DNA of 61,208 nucleotides from an uncultured Variovorax sp. (GTDB taxonomy: Bacteria > Pseudomonadota > Gammaproteobacteria > Burkholderiales > Burkholderiaceae_C): NCBI GenBank assembly GCA_913776885.1, contig CAJYQC010000418.1, positions 1 through 61,208 on the forward strand, in the 5' to 3' direction. Under the pieces are notes generated by a model. It saw only the letters and a program-made list of their open reading frames with translations, did no database searches and was not told the origin of the DNA. This document shows, one piece after another, positions 42,006 to 52,306 of the stretch. Both the position numbers and the translations under genes were made by a program. Each line of letters starts with the position of its first letter. Position 1 is the stretch's first letter.

Positions 42006-43154
42006 TCAGGTGGGGGATGCGGTGAGTGATTCGTCGGCGCCGTCGAAGCGCTCGATGGCGAAGGCGTCGATGGGCGTCTCGGTGCGGCCGTCGCGTGCGA
42101 GTTCGGCCAGCACCTCGCCGGCGGCCGGGCCGATCTGGAAGCCCGCGCCCGCGAAGCCGAAGCCATGGAACAGGCCGGGCGTCGTGCGGCTGGGCCCGAG
42201 CACCGGTTCGCGGTCGGGCAGGTAGCCCTCGGTGCCGCCCCAGGTGCGGATGATGTGCGCGTGCCGCAGCGCGGGCAGTAGCTCGATGGCCTGCACCGCC
42301 AGCGCGGCGATGCCCTCGCGTTCTGCGCGGGAGCGTTCGGCGTCGAGCGTGATGCCCGTGCCGCCGCCCAGCACCACGTTGCCGCGCTCCACTTGCCGGC
42401 AGTAGATGCCGCCGCCTTCCACGCCGAGGCTCCATTTCATGAAGTGCCGCACTGGCTCGGTCACCGCCATCAGCGGGCTGCGTGCGTACATCGGCGGCGT
42501 CTCGCCGAACTGGCTGGCGATGGCGCCGGCCCAAGCGCCCGCACAGTTCAGCAGCACCGGCGCCTGCACCTCGAGCGCGTTGCCGCTGCGCACCATGAAC
42601 ATCGCGCCGTCGTGCGCCACCTCGTCGACCTTGTGGCGCTCGAAGACCTGCGCTCCGGCACGCTGCGCCGCGAGCGCGAAGGCCGGCGACACCAGGCGCG
42701 GATTGGCCTGCCCGTCTTCCGCGCAGAGTGAGCCGCCCACCGCGCGCATGCCGAGCCAAGGGCATTGCTCGCGCAGGCGCGCGCCGGAGATCAGCTCCAG
42801 GCCCAGGTCGAAGTCGCTGCTCAGCGCGCGGTAGCGTTCGAGCGAGGCCATGTCCGATTCGCTGCGCGCGATCTTGAAGTGGCCCGAGCGGATGTATTCG
42901 CCGTCGGTGCCAAGCAGCCCGGCCAGGTTGCCCCAGATGCGGTGCGCGCGCTGCGCCAGCGGCAGCTGGCTCACCGGCCGGCCCTGGCGGCGCACGCCGC
43001 CGTAGTTCACGCCGCTGGAACGCGAGCCGCAGAGATCGCGCTCCAGCAGCACCACGCCGACGCCCATGCGACGCAGGGCCAGCGCGGCGGAAGAGCCGAC
43101 GATGCCGCCGCCGACGATGGCGACGTCGGTGCGAAGCTTCCTGATCGAGCTCAT
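42006..43154 (-). CDS. FAD-dependent D-amino acid/opine oxidase subunit (OoxB/HcnC-like)
   Basis: VGGGIVG, SSGVNYGGVR, DGQANPR, RTWGG, GFQIGP. Confidence 0.87.
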   Translation of the reverse strand: MSSIRKLRTDVAIVGGGIVGSSAALALRRMGVGVVLLERDLCGSRSSGVNYGGVRRQGRPVSQLPLAQRAHRIWGNLAGLLGTDGEYIRSGHFKIARSESDMASLERYRALSSDFDLGLELISGARLREQCPWLGMRAVGGSLCAEDGQANPRLVSPAFALAAQRAGAQVFERHKVDEVAHDGAMFMVRSGNALEVQAPVLLNCAGAWAGAIASQFGETPPMYARSPLMAVTEPVRHFMKWSLGVEGGGIYCRQVERGNVVLGGGTGITLDAERSRAEREGIAALAVQAIELLPALRHAHIIRTWGGTEGYLPDREPVLGPSRTTPGLFHGFGFAGAGFQIGPAAGEVLAELARDGRTETPIDAFAIERFDGADESLTASPT

Positions 43155-44578
43155 GCGCCGCTCCCATCGGCCGGCACGAGCCGGATCGGGATCGGCTTGA
43201 TCGGCGCCTGCCCGCGCAGTCGGCCCACCTGCTGCAGCGGCTGCCGCGTGGCGTGCGCGAGGATCTCGGCCGCGGCCGCGCCGCACATGCGCCCCTGGCA
43301 GCGGCCCATGCCGACGCGCGACAGCGCCTTCAGGCGGTTCATCTCGTCGGCGCCGGTACTGGCGATGGTCTGGCGCAGCGTGCCGGCGGTGACGTTCTCG
43401 CAGCGGCAGATCACGAGGTCGTCGCTCGCGTGCTTGGCCCAGTCCTGAGGCACCGGAAAGGCACGCTCCAGGCCGCGGCGGAAGCCAGCGAGCCTGTCGA
43501 GCCTGCGTTCGAGTTCCGAGGCGCGCGCGGTGTCGAAGGCGATGCCCGCGTCCTGCAGCAGCGCCAGCGCCGCGCGCTCGCCCGCCCACTCGGCCGCGTC
43601 CGCGCCCATGATGCCGGCGCCGTCGCCCGCGAGGTACACGCCCCGCACGCTGGAGCGCCCCGCCGCGTCGCGCACCGGCAGGTGCGAGCGGTGCAGCGGC
43701 GCGTAGTCGAAGCGGCAGCCGAGAAGGTCGGCGAGCTGCGTCTCGGAGCGCAGCGCGTAGCCGAAGCCCACCGCATCGCAGTCGATCGTGCGCTGCGTCT
43801 CGCCGTCGAGCCAGGCCACGCCGGTGACGCGGGCCTGAGCCTCGTCGCCGAGCACGCGCAGCGGACGCACGCCGCCATGCAGCGCAACGCCGTGCGTGCG
43901 CAGCCAGCCCACGTAGTACATGCCCTTGGCAAGTACGGCGGGCTGCGCCAGCATCGCGGGCGCGGCGGCGACTTGGTCGGCGAGGCGCGCCGTGTCGAGC
44001 ACCGCGGCCACGTCAACGCCGGCCTTCGCATATTGATAGGCCACCAGGTAGAGCAGCGGCCCGGTGCCCATGAACACCACGCGGCGTCCGATGGCACAGC
44101 CCTGGAACTTGAGCGCGACCTGCGCGCCGCCCAGCGTGTAGACGCCGGGCAGCGTCCAGCCCGGCAGCGGCAGCACGCGGTCGGTGGCGCCGGTCGCGAC
44201 GATCAGGTGGCTGTAGGGCACGCGGCGGTTGCTGCGCGTGGGGTTGTGCATCACGTCGAGCACCTGGTCCTGCGCGTTCCACGCGAGGCTGTCGGCATGG
44301 TGTTCGACGCGGCCCTGCAGCGCGTCGAATGCAGTGTGCACCGCGTCGGCGCGCTTCGACTCGAAGCCGTAGAGCGTCTGCTTGTCGCGCGCGGACAGGC
44401 CGGGAGGAGGGCGGCGGTAGATCTGTCCGCCGGCGCGCGAGGCCTCGTCGATCACCGCCGGCTTCAGGCCATGCGCCACCAGCGTCTGCGCGGCGCGCAC
44501 GCCGGCCGGGCCTGCGCCGACGATCACGGGGCGGACTTCGCCTGTCGGTGTCGACGTCGCTGTCGGCGTGGCGGTCAT
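43151..44578 (-). CDS. Opine oxidase subunit A-like (OoxA/HcnB-like) FAD/Fe-S protein
   Basis: VGAGPAG, ATGATDR..P.PGWTLPGV, ICRCENV and RVGMGRCQGRMC BFD-like cluster. Confidence 0.88.
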   Translation of the reverse strand: MTATPTATSTPTGEVRPVIVGAGPAGVRAAQTLVAHGLKPAVIDEASRAGGQIYRRPPPGLSARDKQTLYGFESKRADAVHTAFDALQGRVEHHADSLAWNAQDQVLDVMHNPTRSNRRVPYSHLIVATGATDRVLPLPGWTLPGVYTLGGAQVALKFQGCAIGRRVVFMGTGPLLYLVAYQYAKAGVDVAAVLDTARLADQVAAAPAMLAQPAVLAKGMYYVGWLRTHGVALHGGVRPLRVLGDEAQARVTGVAWLDGETQRTIDCDAVGFGYALRSETQLADLLGCRFDYAPLHRSHLPVRDAAGRSSVRGVYLAGDGAGIMGADAAEWAGERAALALLQDAGIAFDTARASELERRLDRLAGFRRGLERAFPVPQDWAKHASDDLVICRCENVTAGTLRQTIASTGADEMNRLKALSRVGMGRCQGRMCGAAAAEILAHATRQPLQQVGRLRGQAPIKPIPIRLVPADGSGA

Positions 44579-44886
44579 GCGCCGTCCCTTCCGGTGACCA
44601 GCGCCATGCCCGGCGCGATGAAGGTCGAGCAGGCGCGAAGGCGCTCGCCTTCGTCGGTGGAGATCCAGCAGTCCTGGCAGGCGCCCATCATGCAGAAGCC
44701 CGCGCGCGGCAGGCCGCTGAACTCGTTGCGGCGCAGCTGGCCGCACTGCGTGAGCACGGCGGTCAGCACGGTGTCGCCGGCCAGCGCGCTTGCCGGCTGG
44801 CCGTCGAGCGTGAAGGGCACCGTCGCGCGGCCGGTCTTCTCGGCCACGCGGTGGAGCAATGCGTGTGCGGTCATGATCGTCTTCAT
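44575..44886 (-). CDS. 2Fe-2S ferredoxin subunit (HcnA-like)
   Basis: GDTVLTA, FCMMGACQDC...RAC. Confidence 0.88.
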   Translation of the reverse strand: MKTIMTAHALLHRVAEKTGRATVPFTLDGQPASALAGDTVLTAVLTQCGQLRRNEFSGLPRAGFCMMGACQDCWISTDEGERLRACSTFIAPGMALVTGRDGA

Positions 44887-45681
44887 CTATCTGCGCCCCA
44901 CCAGCACGCGGTCGAGGCCGTACACGCGGTCGAGCAGCACCATCGCGAAGGCCGTCACCGCCACCATCAGCGCCGACACGGCGGCCATCAGCGGATCGAT
45001 GGATTCGGTCGCGTACATGTACATGCGCACCGGCAGCGTGACCGTGCTCGGCGAGGTGACGAAGATCGACATCGTCACTTCGTCGAAGCTGTTGATGAAC
45101 GACAGCATCCAGCCGCCCGTCACGCCCGGCAGGATCATCGGCAGCGTGATGCGGCGGAACACCGTGGCCTGGCTCGCGCCCAGCGAGAGCGCGGCCTGCT
45201 CGGCGCTGCGGTCGAAGCCCACCAGCGCCGCCACCACCAGCCGCAGCGTGTAGGGCGTGACGATGAGCGCATGCGCCAGGACTAGCCAGCCGAAGCTGCC
45301 CGCGCCGCCCACCAGCGAGAACAGGCGCAGCAGCGCCACGCCCAGCACCAGGTGCGGAACGATCAGCGGCGAGAGGAACAGGCCGTTCAAGAAGTCGCGC
45401 CCCGGGAACTCGTAGCGCGTGATCGCCATGCCGGCCGGCACCGCGAGCAGCGTCGCGATGGTGGCCGAGCTCAGCGCGAGCCACAGGCTGTTCCAGAACG
45501 ACTGCATGAAGTCGGGGTGCGCGAACACCGCCTCGAACCAGCGCAGCGAGAAGTGCGTGGTGGGGATGGTCAGCGTGTTCTCGGGCGTGAACGCCACGAT
45601 GCACACCACCACCAGCGGCGCCAGCATGAAGACGATGACCAGCGCGTTGAACGCGAGGGCGATGGGGCCGTTCTTGTTCAT
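44887..45681 (-). CDS. ABC transporter permease (PotC-like)
   Basis: FSLRWF, EQAALSLGA, SFDEV; start placed at MNKNG after the Family B repeat. Confidence 0.9.
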   Translation of the reverse strand: MNKNGPIALAFNALVIVFMLAPLVVVCIVAFTPENTLTIPTTHFSLRWFEAVFAHPDFMQSFWNSLWLALSSATIATLLAVPAGMAITRYEFPGRDFLNGLFLSPLIVPHLVLGVALLRLFSLVGGAGSFGWLVLAHALIVTPYTLRLVVAALVGFDRSAEQAALSLGASQATVFRRITLPMILPGVTGGWMLSFINSFDEVTMSIFVTSPSTVTLPVRMYMYATESIDPLMAAVSALMVAVTAFAMVLLDRVYGLDRVLVGRR

Positions 45682-45689
45682 GGTGCTTC

Positions 45690-45763
45690 CCGCCGGGCCG
45701 CCCCAAGGGAGGCACGCGCCCACTCGGGGGGCAGCGAATACACGAAGTGATGGAGCGTGGGGG
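45690..45763 (-). repeat. Family B repeat (intergenic)
   Basis: On -: CCCCCACGCTCCATCACTTCGTGTATTCGCTGCCCCCCGAGTGGGCG...CCTTGGGGCGGCCCGGCGG, 6 nt after the stop at 45770. Confidence 0.85.
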
Positions 45764-45769
45764 CCATGG

Positions 45770-46630
45770 TCACCCCAACGCCTTCTTGTAGCGGCCTTCT
45801 ACTAGCCGGTTGTAGCTGAGCATCACAGCCAGGTTGGCGACGAGCAGCACCAGCGCCACCGCAGCACCCAGCGGCCAGTTGAGCTCGCTCAGGTACTCGT
45901 CGTAGACGATGGTCGCGACCATCTTCAGCCGCCGTCCGCCCAGCAGGCCCGGAATGGCGAAGGAGCTCGCCGCCAGCCCGAAGACGATCAGGCTGCCCGA
46001 GAGAATGCCCGGCATCACCTGCGGCAGCACGATGCGCCGCAGCGTGGTGAAGGGCGTGGCGTTGAGCGAGAGGGCGGCGTTCTCCACGCCGGGGTCGAGC
46101 TTCTGCAGCGAGGTCCACACCGGAATCACCATGAAGGGCAGCATCACGTGGACCAGCGCGATGACCACCGCCGCGTTGGTGTAGAGGATCTTCACCGGCC
46201 CGATGCCGAGCAGGCCCAGCAGCCCGTTCACCGCGCCCTCGGGGCCCAGCAGCATGCTCCAGCCGAAGGCCCGCACCACCACCGACACCAGCAGCGGCGC
46301 CAGCACCACCAGCAGCAGCACCGAGCGCCACGGGTTGCGCATGCGGCTGAGCACATACGCTTCGGGCGCGCCGATCAGCACGCAGATCACCGTGACCAGC
46401 GCCGAGACCCAGAAGGTGCGCCAGAAGATGCCGAGGTAGTACGAATCGGAGAACACCAGCGCGTAGTGCGCGAGCGTGAACTCGCCCGTCTTCGGTCCGG
46501 TGGCCGGGTCGTAGACGTTGAACGACAGCACCGCGGTGAGTCCCAGCGGCACCACCAGCAGCACCGTGAACAGCAGCAGCGCGGGGCCGGAGAGCCACCA
46601 GGGCGTGGCCTTGCTCTTCGACGTACTCAT
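45770..46630 (-). CDS. ABC transporter permease (PotB-like)
   Basis: PLLVSVVVRAFGW, ENAALSLNA, NWPLGAA. Confidence 0.9.
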   Translation of the reverse strand: MSTSKSKATPWWLSGPALLLFTVLLVVPLGLTAVLSFNVYDPATGPKTGEFTLAHYALVFSDSYYLGIFWRTFWVSALVTVICVLIGAPEAYVLSRMRNPWRSVLLLVVLAPLLVSVVVRAFGWSMLLGPEGAVNGLLGLLGIGPVKILYTNAAVVIALVHVMLPFMVIPVWTSLQKLDPGVENAALSLNATPFTTLRRIVLPQVMPGILSGSLIVFGLAASSFAIPGLLGGRRLKMVATIVYDEYLSELNWPLGAAVALVLLVANLAVMLSYNRLVEGRYKKALG

Positions 46631-47700
46631 GCCGCGACAGCCTTCTCATCCGCCGGCAGCAGCCGCATGCAGTGCGCCGGCCAGTCGATGCCGGTGCGGC
46701 TGCCTTCGGCGAGCGCCTCGCGCCCGTCGTTGGGGCTCAGCACCATGAGCTCGCCGACCGAAGTCGCCACGCGGTAGAGCCACTGGCTGCCGAGGAAGAA
46801 GCGCTCCAGCACCTCGCCGTCGATGCGGCCCCGGCCCGGCGCCACCAGCTGCAGCTTCTCGGGCCGCACGCTCAGCAGCGCGCCCGCGTTCACGTCGAAG
46901 CCGGTGTCGTCCACGTCGAGCGAGAGCGCGCCCACCTCCACGCAGGTGCGCCCGGGGCCGCTGCCGGAGACGCGGCAGTCCAGCAGGTTGGCCTTGCCGA
47001 CGAAGGTGGAGATGAAGCGCGTGCCCGGATGCTCGTACACCCGCTGCGGATGGTCGATCTGCGTGGCGCGGCCGCCTTCCATCACCACCACGCGGTCGCT
47101 GATCGACATGGCTTCGCTCTGGTCGTGCGTGACCATCACCGTGGTGGTGCCGACCTTGCGCTGGATCTGGCGCAGCTCGAACTGCATCTCCTCGCGCAGC
47201 TTGGCGTCGAGGTTGGACAGCGGCTCGTCCAGCAGCAGCACCGGCGGCTCGATCACCAGCGCCCGCGCCAGCGCCACCCGCTGCCGCTGGCCGCCCGAGA
47301 GCTCGCGCGGGTAGCGCCCGGAGTGCTGCTCCAGATGCACCAGCGCCAGCGCCTGCTTCACGCGCTCGGTGCGCTCGGCCTTCGGCATCTTGCGCATCTC
47401 GAGGCCGAAGCTCACGTTGTCGGCCACCGTCATGTGCGGGAAGAGGGCGTAGGTCTGGAACACGATGCCCAGCCCGCGCGTGTTGGCCTTGGCGTGCGTG
47501 ATGTCCTTGCCCGAGAGCTCGATGCGGCCGCTGCTCACCGCCTCGAAGCCCGCGATCATCTGGAGCGTGGTCGTCTTGCCGCAGCCCGAGGGCCCGAGCA
47601 GCGAGACGAACTCGCCCTTCTCCACCGAGAGATTCATGTCTGCCACCGCGCGGGTGGCGCCATAGAACTTGGTGACGTCGGTGAGCCGCAGGAATGACAT
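46627..47700 (-). CDS. ABC transporter ATP-binding protein (PotA-like)
   Basis: GPSGCGKTT, FQTYALFPH, LSGGQRQR, LDEPLSNLD, TOBE-type tail. Confidence 0.94.
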   Translation of the reverse strand: MSFLRLTDVTKFYGATRAVADMNLSVEKGEFVSLLGPSGCGKTTTLQMIAGFEAVSSGRIELSGKDITHAKANTRGLGIVFQTYALFPHMTVADNVSFGLEMRKMPKAERTERVKQALALVHLEQHSGRYPRELSGGQRQRVALARALVIEPPVLLLDEPLSNLDAKLREEMQFELRQIQRKVGTTTVMVTHDQSEAMSISDRVVVMEGGRATQIDHPQRVYEHPGTRFISTFVGKANLLDCRVSGSGPGRTCVEVGALSLDVDDTGFDVNAGALLSVRPEKLQLVAPGRGRIDGEVLERFFLGSQWLYRVATSVGELMVLSPNDGREALAEGSRTGIDWPAHCMRLLPADEKAVAA

Positions 47701-47827
47701 AGAACGGGCCTTTCTTCGGGGGCGAAAAGATGGCTCCGGGCACCTTGCTTCGACTTGGTGCGGGCCATGGACAGCTTGCTGTCCCTTAATTCACTCTATT
47801 GCAACGATTGCGCCAGATCGCCTCGGG

Positions 47828-47876
47828 TATTCCATTAATCAGAATTTTTCTTTAATTTATTCCGTTCAATGGAATA
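47828..47876. promoter_or_regulatory. Two putative IclR operator palindromes
   Basis: TATTCCATTAATCAGAAT (47828-47845) and TATTCCGTTCAATGGAATA (47858-47876) in an AT-rich divergent promoter region. Confidence 0.55.
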
Positions 47877-47918
47877 TCATGGCTTCGATCGATGAATCGA
47901 ATTCCGCAGGAGGAAGGT

Positions 47919-48809
47919 ATGGAGAGCTCTTCGGCGAACACCTCGGCCGGTGCCGGGGCGGCAGCGGCGGCCAGCGGCGGCGTGCCGCGCGTCTTTTCGG
48001 TGATCCGCGCACTCGGTGCGGTGCAGGCCGAGGGCGGCCGCGTGACCCAGATCGCGCGTTCCGTGGGCCTCACGCAGGCCACCACGCACCGGCTGCTGCA
48101 GTCGCTCATGGCCGAGGGCATGGTCGAGCAGGACGAGCGCAGCAAGCTCTACCGCCTGAGCATCGATTTCTTCGCGCTCGCCGCCAGCGCTGGCAACCCG
48201 GGCGACCTGCGCTCCATCTGCCGGCCCGTGCTGCTGCGCCTGTGCGCGAGCCTCGGCGACAGCATCTTCCTTCTTGCGCGCAGCGGCTTCGACGCCGTGT
48301 GCCTCGACAGGAGCGAAGGGCCGTTTCCCATCCGCTCCTTCACCGGCGACATCGGCGGGCGCATCGCGCTGGGCGTGGGGCAGGGCGCGCTGGCGATCCT
48401 GGCCTTCCTGCCCGAGGCCGAGCGCGAGGAGGTGATCCGCTTCAACCTTTCGCGGGTGCGCGAGTACGGCGTGTACGACGAGGTCTACCTGCGCACCGAG
48501 ATCGAGCGCGTGCGGCAGCAGGGCTACGCGGGCCGCAACACCGGCCTGCTCGAAGGCATGGCCGGCGTGGCCGTGCCCATCCTCGACCGCGAAGGCCGCG
48601 CGGTGGCCGCGCTGAGCGTGGGCACCATCGCCGACCGGCTAAACGCCGACCGCATGCCGACCGTGGTCGAGCTGCTGAAACGCGAGGCGGCGGCGATCGG
48701 GCCGAGGATCAATCCCTTCGATGCGACCCTGAGGCGGCCGGCGCAGAGCCTGGCGAGTTCGCCGGCCGGGCAGAAGATTCCGTTGCCCGAGGCCTCGGGG
48801 CCGGGCTGA
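47919..48809 (+). CDS. IclR-family transcriptional regulator
   Basis: GLTQATTHRLL HTH, LGVGQGALAILA, GVAVPI; AGGAGG upstream (alternative start 47892). Confidence 0.92.
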   Translation: MESSSANTSAGAGAAAAASGGVPRVFSVIRALGAVQAEGGRVTQIARSVGLTQATTHRLLQSLMAEGMVEQDERSKLYRLSIDFFALAASAGNPGDLRSICRPVLLRLCASLGDSIFLLARSGFDAVCLDRSEGPFPIRSFTGDIGGRIALGVGQGALAILAFLPEAEREEVIRFNLSRVREYGVYDEVYLRTEIERVRQQGYAGRNTGLLEGMAGVAVPILDREGRAVAALSVGTIADRLNADRMPTVVELLKREAAAIGPRINPFDATLRRPAQSLASSPAGQKIPLPEASGPG

Positions 48810-48823
48810 GCAGGGAGCCGTCC

Positions 48824-49243
48824 ATGAACAACTCCTCGATCCTCTACCCCGTCTTCGCCCTCGCCGCCCTCACCGGCGTGGTGCTGCTGCTCATCCCCTT
48901 CACGCGCGTGCGCGCCGTGCTGCGACGCGAAGTCCGGGCGGCCGACTTCAGGCTGGGTGAGTCGGACGCCGTGCCGGACGCGGTGCGCATCCCCAACCGC
49001 AACTACATGAACCTGCTGGAGCTGCCGGTGCTGTTCTACGTGGTGTGCCTGATCTTCTATGTGGCGGCGCAGCCGACGCCCGCGGCGGTCTGGCTGGCCT
49101 GGGCCTACGTGGGGCTGCGGGCGCTGCACACCGCGGTGCACCTGACCTACAACCACGTGCTGCACCGGCTGGGCGTGTTCGCGGCGAGCAATGTGGTGCT
49201 GGTGGCGCTGTGGGTCCTGGCGGCAGCCAGGTTGGTGCGCTAG
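48824..49243 (+). CDS. MAPEG-family membrane protein
   Basis: NYMNLLELPVLFY, AWAYVGLRALH, R...F motifs; GGGAG RBS. Confidence 0.85.
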   Translation: MNNSSILYPVFALAALTGVVLLLIPFTRVRAVLRREVRAADFRLGESDAVPDAVRIPNRNYMNLLELPVLFYVVCLIFYVAAQPTPAAVWLAWAYVGLRALHTAVHLTYNHVLHRLGVFAASNVVLVALWVLAAARLVR

Positions 49244-49391
49244 GCGCACGTCAAAAGGCTGAGGTCCTTCCTGAAACGCACCAGATCCTTCGATATTTTC
49301 ATTTGGCGATCGCGTTCGATTCGCTGACATTGGGCGGATCAGGCCTCTCGCCGCCTTCCCGCTTTTCCCTTCATCTGTTCCCGGAGCGCTC

Positions 49392-50930
49392 ATGTCCGAA
49401 GCCCACACCTCCCTTCCCGTCGCCACCGAAGTCGAGCAGCTGCTGCAGCGCCTGGGCGTGCCTCGCCTGGCGCACACCGGCGGCGAGCTGACGGTGCGTT
49501 CGCCCGTCAGCGGCGAGGTGGTGGCGCAGGTGCCGCAGACTTCGCCGGCCGAGGCCACGGCAGTCATCGGCCGCGCGCACGAGGCATTCAAGGCCTGGCG
49601 CAACGTGCCGGCGCCGCGCCGCGGCGAGCTGGTGCGGCTGCTGGGCGAGGAGCTGCGCGCCGCCAAGGCCGACCTGGGCCGCCTCGTCACGCTGGAGGCT
49701 GGCAAGATCCCGTCCGAGGGCGCGGGCGAGGTGCAGGAGATGATCGACATCTGCGACTTCGCGGTCGGCCTCTCGCGCCAGATCTACGGCCTCACGCTGG
49801 CCACCGAGCGTGCCGAGCACCGCATGATGGAAACCTGGCATCCGCTGGGCGTGTGCGGCGTGATCTCGGCCTTCAACTTCCCGGTGGCCGTGTGGTCGTG
49901 GAACGCGGCGCTGGCGCTGGTGTGCGGCGACCCGGTGGTGTGGAAGCCCTCCGAGAAGACGCCGCTGACCGCGCTGGCCGTGCATGCCATCGCGCAGCGC
50001 GCCATCGAGCGCTTCGGCGACGCGCCCGAAGGCCTGCTGGGCCTGCTGCTGGGCCAGCGCGACATCGGCGAGCTGCTGGTGGACGACCACCGCGTGCCCG
50101 TTCTGTCGGCCACCGGCTCGACCGCCATGGGCCGCCAGGTGGGGCCGAAGCTGGCCGCGCGCTTCGCACGTGCCATCCTCGAACTCGGCGGCAACAACGC
50201 CGCCATCGTCACGCCGTCTGCCGACCTCGACCTCGCGCTGCGCGGCATCGCCTTCGCCGCCATGGGCACGGCCGGCCAGCGCTGCACCACGCTGCGCCGC
50301 CTGTTCGTGCACGAGAGCGTGTACGACCAGCTGGTGCCCAAGCTCGCCAAGGTCTACGGCAACGTGCAGGTGGGCGATCCACGCGAGGCCGGCACGCTGG
50401 TCGGTCCGCTGATCGACCGTGCGGCCTTCGACGGCATGCAGAAGGCGCTCTCCGAAAGCCGCGAGATCGGCGCCCGGGTGCACGGCGGCCAGCGCGTGGA
50501 GGGCATCGGCACGAGCGACGCCTACTACGTGCGCCCCGCGCTGGTGGAGCTGAAGTCGCACGAGGGCCCGGTGCTGCGCGAGACCTTCGCGCCCATCCTC
50601 TACGTGGTGCGCTACGGCTCGCTCGACGAGGCCATCGAGCAGCACAACGCGGTGGGCGCTGGCCTGTCGTCGTCGATCTTCACGCTGAACATGCGCGAGG
50701 CCGAGCGCTTCATGTCGAGCTCGGGCTCCGACTGCGGCATCGCCAACGTCAACATCGGCCCGAGCGGCGCGGAGATCGGCGGTGCCTTCGGCGGCGAGAA
50801 GGAGACTGGCGGCGGCCGCGAAGCCGGCTCCGACAGCTGGAAGGCGTACATGCGCCGCGCCACCAACACCATCAACTACTCGACCGCCTTGCCGCTCGCG
50901 CAGGGCGTGACCTTCGACATCGGCGACTAG
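49392..50930 (+). CDS. amaB: ALDH7-type aldehyde dehydrogenase (piperideine-6-carboxylate / aminoadipate-semialdehyde dehydrogenase-like)
   Basis: GEVQEMIDICDFAVGLSRQ, ISAFNFPVAVW, ELGGNN, AGQRCTT, SGAEIGGAFGGEKETGGGRE.GSD.WK.YMRR. Confidence 0.85.
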   Translation: MSEAHTSLPVATEVEQLLQRLGVPRLAHTGGELTVRSPVSGEVVAQVPQTSPAEATAVIGRAHEAFKAWRNVPAPRRGELVRLLGEELRAAKADLGRLVTLEAGKIPSEGAGEVQEMIDICDFAVGLSRQIYGLTLATERAEHRMMETWHPLGVCGVISAFNFPVAVWSWNAALALVCGDPVVWKPSEKTPLTALAVHAIAQRAIERFGDAPEGLLGLLLGQRDIGELLVDDHRVPVLSATGSTAMGRQVGPKLAARFARAILELGGNNAAIVTPSADLDLALRGIAFAAMGTAGQRCTTLRRLFVHESVYDQLVPKLAKVYGNVQVGDPREAGTLVGPLIDRAAFDGMQKALSESREIGARVHGGQRVEGIGTSDAYYVRPALVELKSHEGPVLRETFAPILYVVRYGSLDEAIEQHNAVGAGLSSSIFTLNMREAERFMSSSGSDCGIANVNIGPSGAEIGGAFGGEKETGGGREAGSDSWKAYMRRATNTINYSTALPLAQGVTFDIGD

Positions 50931-51076
50931 GTTTCTTGAACGGCGCTTTGGGCCGCGCGCATCTGCGTGGCCGTTGCTTCGGTGCCCGAGAACCCCATCC
51001 TGAACCCGGCGATGAGCGCGACGCTCAGGCAGTGCATCGCCGATCCCAACGACAAGCCGCTGGAGGCCCGCGCCAA

Positions 51077-52306
51077 GTGACCACCGATACCGCCGTGCCC
51101 ATCGCCTTTTCTCCTGCGCAGCGCGTGCGCGCCATCGGCGTCTCGGAGATCCTGCGCATCACCGACCACGCCAATGCGCTCAAGCGCGCCGGCCGCCCGG
51201 TGATCGTGCTGGGTGCGGGCGAGCCCGATTTCGATACGCCGCAGAACGTGCGCGACGCTGCCGTGCAAGCCATCGGCCGTGGCGACACGCGCTACACGGT
51301 GCTCGACGGCAGCCCGGCGATGAAGGCGGCGGTGCAGCTGAAGTTCAGGCGCGACAACGCGCTCGACTTCGCGCTCGACGAGATCAGCGTGAGCGCGGGC
51401 GCCAAGCAGGTGATCTTCAACGCACTGATGGCCAGCCTGGACCCGGGCGACGAAGTCATCCTGCCCGCGCCGTACTGGACCTCGTACGCGGACATGGTGC
51501 AGGTCTGCGGCGGCATTCCCGTTCCTGTTGCCGGCACCGAGGCCAACGGCTTCCGGCTCGATGCCGCGCAGCTCGAAACGGCCATCACGCCGCGCACGCG
51601 CTGGCTGTTCCTGAATTCACCATCGAACCCGAGCGGTGCGGCGTACAGCGCCGACCAGCTCAAGCCACTGTGCGAGGTGCTGCTGCGCCATCCGCAGGTC
51701 TGGGTGCTGGCGGACGACATCTACGAGCACATCCTCTACGACGGACTGGCTTTCGCCACGCCGGTGGCGGTGGAGCCGCGCCTGCGCGAACGCACGCTGA
51801 CGGTGAACGGCGTTTCAAAGGCTTATGCGATGACAGGCTGGCGCGTGGGCTACGGCGCAGGGCCGCGCGCTCTCATCGCCGCGATGGCCGTGGTGCAGAG
51901 CCAGACCACGTCGTGCCCCTCGTCGATCAGCCAGGCAGCGGCCATCGAGGCGCTGACCGGGCCGCAGGACACCGTGGCCGAGCGCTGCGCCGACTTCCAG
52001 GCGCGGCGCGACTTCGTGGTCGCCGCGCTGAACCGCGCACCGGGCCTGCACTGCCGCGTGCCCGAGGGCGCGTTCTACACATTCGCGAGCTGCGCCGGCG
52101 TGCTCGGCCGGCGTACGCGCGGCGGCATGCTGCTGCACAGCGACAGCGATTTCTGCCGCTACCTGCTGCAGGACTTCGAGGTCGCGGTGGTGCCGGGCAG
52201 CGTATTCGGGCTGGCGCCGTATTTCCGCATCTCGTACGCGACCTCGACGGCGCAGCTGCGGGAGGCCTGCGAGCGCATCCAGGCTGCCTGCGAGGCGCTG
52301 GAATGA
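51077..52306 (+). CDS. PLP-dependent class I (aspartate-type) aminotransferase
   Basis: GEPDFDTP, NSPSNPSG, DDIY, SKAYAMTGWRVG, RISYA; GTG start after GGAGG. Confidence 0.92.
   Translation: MTTDTAVPIAFSPAQRVRAIGVSEILRITDHANALKRAGRPVIVLGAGEPDFDTPQNVRDAAVQAIGRGDTRYTVLDGSPAMKAAVQLKFRRDNALDFALDEISVSAGAKQVIFNALMASLDPGDEVILPAPYWTSYADMVQVCGGIPVPVAGTEANGFRLDAAQLETAITPRTRWLFLNSPSNPSGAAYSADQLKPLCEVLLRHPQVWVLADDIYEHILYDGLAFATPVAVEPRLRERTLTVNGVSKAYAMTGWRVGYGAGPRALIAAMAVVQSQTTSCPSSISQAAAIEALTGPQDTVAERCADFQARRDFVVAALNRAPGLHCRVPEGAFYTFASCAGVLGRRTRGGMLLHSDSDFCRYLLQDFEVAVVPGSVFGLAPYFRISYATSTAQLREACERIQAACEALE

Noticed and set aside
42006-44886. Hydrogen cyanide synthase hcnABC
   Set aside because: Same fold family, but the embedded uptake ABC transporter and IclR control fit substrate catabolism better.
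50931-51076. Possible gene remnant between the ALDH and the aminotransferase
   Set aside because: The short - strand frame has no recognisable motif; it cannot be supported without a search.
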